Below are positions 58,415 to 64,000 of a DNA stretch of 64,000 bases, piece after piece (the first letter of the stretch is position 1; each line of letters starts with the position of its first letter). Source of the DNA: Candidatus Xenobia bacterium. Lineage in GTDB: Bacteria > Vulcanimicrobiota > Xenobia > Xenobiales > QWHO01. Made by a program: the position numbers and the translations under genes. A model generated the notes under the pieces. It saw only the letters and a program-made list of their open reading frames with translations. It was not told the origin of the DNA and ran no database searches. The stretch is taken from positions 54,254 through 118,253 of the forward strand of contig BTUM01000015.1 in assembly GCA_045863235.1 (NCBI GenBank), read 5' to 3'.

Positions 58415-59734
58415 ATGGTGCTAAAGACATCGAGTGGTGGCAGAGGTTTTTTCCGACGCCACAGGGGTTTTTCGGCCGGACTTCTGGTCCTGGCGCTGCT
58501 GGGCGCGTTGGCCTGGGCCCAGGACGACATCCCGGGCACCGCCCGCAAGTTCGCCGAGCACCTGCGCTCGGGCGACTTTCTCCGAGCCCGAGCCATGTTC
58601 GACCCGGACATGACCCGGGTGGTCAGCCAGAAGGCGTTCGTGCAGTCGTGGAAGGTCATGACCGACAAGCACGGCCCCTTCCAGAAGTTCGGGACGGCGA
58701 CGGTGGAGGCTATCCCACCCTACCAGGCGGTCTTCATTCCCTGCACCTTTCAGAAGTATCGCTGCCGGCTCAAGGTGGTGCTCAACACCAGAAACCAGGT
58801 TTCGGGTTACTTCTGGGTCTCGCACGTGGCCAGCCAGCCCCCCGCCTACCGTCAGGTCAAGTGCATCGAGCACAGGGTGCAGGTGGGCAAGTGGAAGTTG
58901 CCGGGGATGATCGCGCTGCCTCCCACGCCGGTACGGGCCGGAGTGGTGCTGGTGCACGGCTCGGGGCCCAACGACATGGACGAGACCATCGGGCCCAACA
59001 AGCCTTTCCTTGACCTGGCTCGGGGGCTGGCCGGCCAGGGCCTGGCCACACTGCGCTATGACAAGCGCACCAAGACTTACGGCCTGGCCATGGCGCTCAA
59101 GAAGCCCACCCTGGAGGAAGAGGTGCTGGAGGACGCCCTGGCTGCCCTGGAATTGCTGCGGGCCAGGCCCGAGCTGAAGGGGCGACCCATCATCCTGCTG
59201 GGCCATAGTCTGGGCGGCATCCTGGGCCCCGAGATCGCGCGTCGGGATGGGCGTGTGCAGGGGCTCATCCTGATGGCCGCCCCGGCCCGTCCCTTCGACA
59301 AGGTGCTGATCGACCAGCTCGAGTATGTGGGCTCGCTGCATCCGGCCCAGAAGGCGGCGGTGGATGAGATGATCGCAGCCTTGCGCCGTTTCGAGCAATT
59401 GCCTGATGAGGACAAAACGATTCTTGGGGCCCCGGCCGGCTACTGGCGAGAGATTGCAGCCTATCAGAAGCGCTCGCTTCAGACCGCCCGTCAGCTCTCG
59501 TGCCCCATCCTGATCTTGCAGGGGGGACGTGACTACCAGTCCACCGAGCCCGATTACCGTCTCTGGATGGAGGCTCTGAAGGGCCGTCCTGACGTCAGCG
59601 GTCAGCTGTATCCGGCCCTCAACCACCTGTTTGCGCCGGGCAAGGGGAAGGCCCGGCCCGAGGAATACGAAGAGCAAAACTACCTCGACCCTGAGGTCAT
59701 CAAGCGCATCTCGCAGTGGTGCCCGAAACCCTGA
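58415..59734 (+). CDS. Secreted alpha/beta hydrolase with N-terminal DUF3887-like domain
   Basis: VHGSGPNDMDE, RYDKR, GHSLG, QGGRDYQ, LNHLF. Confidence 0.88.
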   Translation: MVLKTSSGGRGFFRRHRGFSAGLLVLALLGALAWAQDDIPGTARKFAEHLRSGDFLRARAMFDPDMTRVVSQKAFVQSWKVMTDKHGPFQKFGTATVEAIPPYQAVFIPCTFQKYRCRLKVVLNTRNQVSGYFWVSHVASQPPAYRQVKCIEHRVQVGKWKLPGMIALPPTPVRAGVVLVHGSGPNDMDETIGPNKPFLDLARGLAGQGLATLRYDKRTKTYGLAMALKKPTLEEEVLEDALAALELLRARPELKGRPIILLGHSLGGILGPEIARRDGRVQGLILMAAPARPFDKVLIDQLEYVGSLHPAQKAAVDEMIAALRRFEQLPDEDKTILGAPAGYWREIAAYQKRSLQTARQLSCPILILQGGRDYQSTEPDYRLWMEALKGRPDVSGQLYPALNHLFAPGKGKARPEEYEEQNYLDPEVIKRISQWCPKP

Positions 59735-59834
59735 TATCGGAAGGGGATGTTGCCATCTCCGAGAGGCGACGGACTTGAGCAAGTGCTCGACTCGAGGTCG
59801 GAGCGCGCCCGCCCGCTCGAGGTTTCGACCGACT

Positions 59835-59876
59835 TTTCAGGTTTTTTTCAGTCCGATCTTTTAAGACATCTTTCAG
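59835..59876 (+). promoter_or_regulatory. Tandem Box A pairs: TTTCAG-N5-TTTCAG and TTTAAG-N5-TTTCAG
   Basis: Four half-sites at 59835, 59846, 59860 and 59871 upstream of orphan 59934. Confidence 0.55.
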
Positions 59877-59933
59877 GTGAACAGAGGATCCCGCTCTGGC
59901 AGGATTCTCGAAACGTACCACCAGGAGAACCAA

Positions 59934-60593
59934 GTGGCCATACAGATCACACAGACGGCCTTCAAAGCGAGCTCTCTTCCCAGCCGGGCCTCGCTGGAAA
60001 ACGACGGTTGGACGCCTCGTTTCGACGAGCCCGTGGCTGCCAGTCAGCCGATCCGCGCCATGACGGCTGCCCCGGTCGTCAGCAGCCTGGCCCAGCTGGT
60101 CCAGGATGCTGCCCCGGCGACCCGGGACGCGGTCAGTTTGAACCAGGCGGTCGACCTCGACCCCAACGACGACGACCTGCGCGGCGTCTTCGCCCAGATG
60201 GCGATGGACCGACAGACTCGCGTGGCGGCTCGGGCCCAGATCGCCCAGACCGTTCAGCAAGATTGGCAGAACACCCAGGAAGAGGTTCGCGCCAACGAGC
60301 AGATGCGTCAGGCCAACATGTCCAACATGTGGCGCTCGGCCTTCAATCCCTATGGCGGCGGAATGATGCCCCCGATGGGACCGATGCCGATGACCCCGGG
60401 AATGCCCGGGATGACGCCTGGGATGACGCCCGGGATGGTGCCCCAGACCGGTTTGGCGGGAGCATATCCGCCTCCTCCGGGAACCCCTTACAACGGGACG
60501 TTCACGGCCTACCCGGCCGGTCCGGGACCCTTTCCGACCCAGACCACCTACCCGGCCCCGCCCGGGACGGTGGGGGCTCAGACCTACTACTGA
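59934..60593 (+). CDS. Orphan: disordered N-terminus, Gln/Met-rich helix, Pro/Gly/Met repeat tail
   Basis: AGGAGA RBS, GTG start; DAVSL motif; MTPG repeats. Confidence 0.75.
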   Translation: MAIQITQTAFKASSLPSRASLENDGWTPRFDEPVAASQPIRAMTAAPVVSSLAQLVQDAAPATRDAVSLNQAVDLDPNDDDLRGVFAQMAMDRQTRVAARAQIAQTVQQDWQNTQEEVRANEQMRQANMSNMWRSAFNPYGGGMMPPMGPMPMTPGMPGMTPGMTPGMVPQTGLAGAYPPPPGTPYNGTFTAYPAGPGPFPTQTTYPAPPGTVGAQTYY

Positions 60594-60647
60594 GTCAGTC
60601 GCCGTAACCTTCCGAAGAACTCGTTCGAGTTCTGAACACGCGGGAGT

Positions 60648-60677
60648 AAGAAGGCAGGTCGTAAGACCTGCCTTCTT
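60648..60677 (+). terminator. Intrinsic terminator
   Basis: AAGAAGGCAGGTC-gtaa-GACCTGCCTTCTT. Confidence 0.8.
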
Positions 60678-60718
60678 GCATGGGAGGGACGGGCAGAAGG
60701 GCTCCGAATTTACCATAG

Positions 60719-61729
60719 ATGCCTCCCGAATCGCCCGTCGTCGCGTCCCCCGCACAGGTCGAATCCGGTGCGAGGCCCGTGGGTGAGCCGCTGGTCGAGG
60801 CCACCGGCCTGACCAAGAGTTATCTCGGCACCCTGGCCCTCAACAAGGTCGACCTGACGCTCTATTCGGGCGAGATCTTCGGGTTGGTCGGCCCCAACGG
60901 CGCCGGGAAGACCACTCTGCTTCGCATCCTGGCCACCCTGACTCCGCCCGATGAGGGTCAGGCCAGCATCTGCGGATTGAGCCTGACCAGCGTTCGCGAA
61001 GTGCGGGCTGTGATCGGCTTCATGCCCGACGTGCTCGGCGTTTACGACGACATGCTCGTGCGCGAATACCTCGAGTTCTTTGCCCGAGCCTCCAACATCG
61101 GCGAAACCGTCCTCGGATACACCATCGAGGAGACCATGCGCCAGGTTGGCATCGAGCACCTGGCCGACCAGCCCGTGGACGGCCTGTCCCGCGGCATGAA
61201 GCAGCGCCTGGGGCTGGGGAGGGCCATCCTGCACAAGCCCCGCCTGCTGCTGCTGGATGAGCCGGCCTCGGGCCTGGATCCCCTGGCTCGCCTCGAGCTG
61301 CGCGAGATTTTGCGGCAACTGCAGCGTTCCGGGGCCACGGTCCTGATCAGCTCCCACGTGTTGGAAGATCTTGCCGATATGTGCGACAGAATCGGTGTTG
61401 TCACCAAAGGCAACCTGGTGTGTGTCGAGGAGACGCGCCAGTTGATTCAGGAGCGTGGGGCCCGTCGCATTCGGCTGCGAGCCTGCGCCCGGCAAGATGA
61501 GCTGTTTGCCTTTCTTGAGCGCAAGGCTGGCATTCAGGGACTTCGGTGGGATAATGAAGCTGTGGTCTTTCGCTACGAAGAGGCTAAGGAAGAAGATCTG
61601 GCCGCCCTGCTACGAGAAGTCGTGGAGCGGGGTTTCCCCCTGGTGAGCTTCAGCGAAGATGAGGCCACTCTTGAATCGGCCTACTTGAACGTTACCAAGG
61701 CTGGAAAAGGATGGGAGGTCGCGACGTGA
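60719..61729 (+). CDS. ABC-2 type transporter ATP-binding subunit
   Basis: GPNGAGKTT, LSRGMKQR, LLLLDEP, SSH. Confidence 0.95.
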   Translation: MPPESPVVASPAQVESGARPVGEPLVEATGLTKSYLGTLALNKVDLTLYSGEIFGLVGPNGAGKTTLLRILATLTPPDEGQASICGLSLTSVREVRAVIGFMPDVLGVYDDMLVREYLEFFARASNIGETVLGYTIEETMRQVGIEHLADQPVDGLSRGMKQRLGLGRAILHKPRLLLLDEPASGLDPLARLELREILRQLQRSGATVLISSHVLEDLADMCDRIGVVTKGNLVCVEETRQLIQERGARRIRLRACARQDELFAFLERKAGIQGLRWDNEAVVFRYEEAKEEDLAALLREVVERGFPLVSFSEDEATLESAYLNVTKAGKGWEVAT

Positions 61730-63894
61730 GGACGTTTCTCGGGAGTTCCCTGGCACTGGCCAAGGACCGAACACCGGCATCGCTGGCCTGGGGCCAGAGG
61801 CTCGGAGTCCTGGCGCTGCTGTTCGCGGCGCTGGTCTTCCTGCCCATGGCGCTGGGCGCCTGCAGCTGCACATTGTTCACCCTGGCCAGCCTGGTGCTGG
61901 TGCTGGCCACCACGCTGCTGGTGGGCAACAGCGCCTTCGGTGCTCTGACCATCGAGCGCGAGAAGAAAACGCTGGACAGCCTGCGGCTGACCCAGCTGAC
62001 CGCGGCCCAGATCGCGGCCGCCAAGCTGTGGCCCGAGTTGAAACTGCTGGGCCGGCTGATGCTGGCTTTCGGACCCACCGTGCTGGTGGCCGGTCTCTAC
62101 ACTCCGGGCGGCCTGGCATCTTCGCTCGAGGTGCTGGCCGTGGCGCTGACCGGCGGCCTGCTCTCGGGCACTCTGGCCATCGCGGTCTCGAGCCTGTGCG
62201 ATACCACCTCTCGGGCCGTGGTCACGGGTTGGACCCTGCGCGGCGTCTGGCTGCTCATCACTCCCATCTTCGACCTGGTGCTGGGCGCCGTGTTCGTGCA
62301 GGACCGCGCCGTGGCCGCCTTCGCCTTCCTCAATCCGCTGAGCACCCTGTCCATCATCCTCGTGCCCGAGCTGGCCGAAGGAACGGGCCGCTGGTTGCCC
62401 CTGCTGGGCCCCGCGGCCATGCTGGCCGCGGCCGGCCTCTGCTTCTGGCTGGCGGCCCGCCGCTTTGACGCCGGCCTGGTGCAGGGCGCGTCCCTGACCG
62501 ACCGGGTGGTGCACCCCGTCTATCGCCGCGGTTGGGGCCCTTCCTGGCTGCAGCGCAAGCTGCCCGGCCTGCGCTCCAACCCCGCCTTCTTGCGCGAGAT
62601 GGCTGCCCAGTTCCGAGCCGGCGCCGGCCGCTGGCCGGGCTACGCCGTCTTCATCGTGCTCTTCCTGGCCCCGTTCTTCTACGCCCGCTCCTGGGCCGTG
62701 AAGGAAGCCGTGCAGAACAGCCTGGACGCCCCCGGCTACACCCAGCTGCAGGTTTCCCAGCAGCCCTTGCCGCGGGTCGTCAATCCCGTCCAGCCTGACC
62801 AGCAGCCGGTCGACCTGAGCGGCCAGCATGTGCGCCTGGAGGCTCGCGACGGCAACTGCCTGCTCATGAAGGGCCACACCGGCCACCTCTGCTCGCGCCT
62901 CTACCTCTACTACTCGTTCCAGATTCCGCTGCCGCGCCAGGGCATGGTGCTGGTCGATTATGGAACCGAGACCCGGTATGGATATCAGCCTCAGATCAAC
63001 CCGGTGCAGGCCACTCCGATCGACGATCAGATGGCCGAGCGTTACGGCCTGTATGTTCCCGGCGAGGAAGGCTCGAGCCGGGTCCTGGACGCCGAGTCCG
63101 AGAAGCGCCTCAACCGCGCCGCCATGGCCGTGGGTCTGGCCGGAACCGTCGTGCTGCTGTTGCTCTACCTGGGCATCCGTTGCTCGGGCTTCCTGGCCAC
63201 CGCCGTGACCGGCGAGCGCGACCGCAAGACCTGGGAAGACCTGGCTCTGACCGGCATCACGCCCCAGCGGGCGTTGGCCGGAAAGCTGGTGGGCGCGCTG
63301 CTCATCATGGCCTTCCAGATGACTCTGGCCTTCCCGGTGGTGGGGTTCTTCGTCCTCACCGGCAACCTCTCGGCCCCCGAGATGGTGGCCCTTTACCTCT
63401 ACGCTCTGGGCGTGATGCTCACGGCGGGGATGGTCGGTCTGTGGGCTTCGGCCACCAGCACGACTTCCCACCAGGCTCACGGCAAAGCCCTGCTGTGCGT
63501 GCTGACGGCCTTCCTGCTGGCCCCCACCCTCAACTGGGGTCTGGGCGGTTTGCTGGCAGCCCTGGCCCTGATGGGAGCTCTGCTCTGTCTGGGACTCAAT
63601 CGAAGGACTCAGGCCCTCTCGCTGGCCGGTGTCTCCTTCTCGCTGCTCATCGCCCCTAAAGTGGCCTCGCCGGTCACGGCCATCCTGACCTTCATGCCCT
63701 CGCTGACCACCAGCCACACTCCCCTGACCCGGGCCTTCCCGACGGCGCCGGTGAGTGGGGCTGAGGCCGTGGTGTTCGCAATGGCGGCACTGGTGCTGCT
63801 GGCCTCGGTCAGCTCGTTCCTGTGGGCGGACGTGCAGCGTCGCATGGCCGATCCGGTGCAGGACACCGCTCTCAAGGCCGACCTGGCCGCCTGA
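61726..63894 (+). CDS. ABC-2 type permease with two permease halves and a central soluble insert
   Basis: TIEREKKTLDSLRLT and TGERDRKTWEDLALT motifs; many TMs; GTGA overlap. Confidence 0.82.
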   Translation: MRTFLGSSLALAKDRTPASLAWGQRLGVLALLFAALVFLPMALGACSCTLFTLASLVLVLATTLLVGNSAFGALTIEREKKTLDSLRLTQLTAAQIAAAKLWPELKLLGRLMLAFGPTVLVAGLYTPGGLASSLEVLAVALTGGLLSGTLAIAVSSLCDTTSRAVVTGWTLRGVWLLITPIFDLVLGAVFVQDRAVAAFAFLNPLSTLSIILVPELAEGTGRWLPLLGPAAMLAAAGLCFWLAARRFDAGLVQGASLTDRVVHPVYRRGWGPSWLQRKLPGLRSNPAFLREMAAQFRAGAGRWPGYAVFIVLFLAPFFYARSWAVKEAVQNSLDAPGYTQLQVSQQPLPRVVNPVQPDQQPVDLSGQHVRLEARDGNCLLMKGHTGHLCSRLYLYYSFQIPLPRQGMVLVDYGTETRYGYQPQINPVQATPIDDQMAERYGLYVPGEEGSSRVLDAESEKRLNRAAMAVGLAGTVVLLLLYLGIRCSGFLATAVTGERDRKTWEDLALTGITPQRALAGKLVGALLIMAFQMTLAFPVVGFFVLTGNLSAPEMVALYLYALGVMLTAGMVGLWASATSTTSHQAHGKALLCVLTAFLLAPTLNWGLGGLLAALALMGALLCLGLNRRTQALSLAGVSFSLLIAPKVASPVTAILTFMPSLTTSHTPLTRAFPTAPVSGAEAVVFAMAALVLLASVSSFLWADVQRRMADPVQDTALKADLAA

Positions 63895-63915
63895 GGGCGA
63901 CCCGCGCACGAAAGG

Positions 63916-63946
63916 GAGTCCGGCAGCCAAGCCGGGCTCTTTTTTT
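63916..63946 (+). terminator. Rho-independent terminator
   Basis: GAGTCCGGC-agccaa-GCCGGGCTC followed by T7. Confidence 0.8.
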
Positions 63947-63969
63947 CTTAGTGTCCCACCCTGGGTCCG

Positions 63970-64000
63970 AAAACCCCCCGCCTTTCAGGCGGAGGCTTTA
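63970..64000. mobile_element. Possible IS200/IS605-type terminal hairpin at window edge
   Basis: AAACCCCCCGCCTTTCAGGCGGAGGCTTT resembles CCCCGCC-TTTA-GGCGGGG end hairpins; no transposase visible. Confidence 0.3.

Noticed and set aside
60390..60440. ATGAC(C/G)CC(G/T/C)GG(G/A) tandem repeats
   Set aside because: Coding low-complexity MTPG repeat, not a DNA-level array
60604..60620. GTAAC-cttccga-AGAAC as another Box B
   Set aside because: Spacing is 12 rather than 11 and it lies before a terminator, so it is unlikely to serve the downstream gene

Overview
High-GC bacterial chromosomal window, densely coding with about 62 genes. No rRNA, tRNA, CRISPR array, intact prophage or transposase is recognisable. 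Housekeeping and metabolic genes include a GHMP kinase, comEA, acylphosphatase, hpt, fhs, typA, a PLP trans-sulfuration enzyme, a PfkB kinase, a trkA pair, pirin/FMN reductase under MarR, an NCS1 transporter, a tRNA methylase, tcdA and an ABC exporter. These are interspersed with lineage-specific orphans and pilin-like genes; the gene style suggests Eremiobacterota/Vulcanimicrobiota (inference only). Most notable: (1) two different 11-bp-period direct-repeat promoter boxes, each at a near-fixed distance from a -10 hexamer, sit upstream of scattered stand-alone orphan genes whose products lack Sec signals but share FlgM/T3SS-substrate-like N-termini, suggesting a co-regulated non-Sec secretome; (2) an operon M23 peptidase / PEGA-like Ser/Thr kinase / GAF-PilC fusion / two pilin-like genes; (3) an ADP-ribosylglycohydrolase-ARPP-1 fusion behind an NrtR-like operator; (4) two apparent pseudoenzymes, a SerB-like ACT-ACT-HAD lacking the catalytic Asp coupled to fhs, and an HRN kinase; (5) a dispersed ~47-bp intergenic repeat and unannotated small ORFs. 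All family calls are by motif recognition by eye, not database search.
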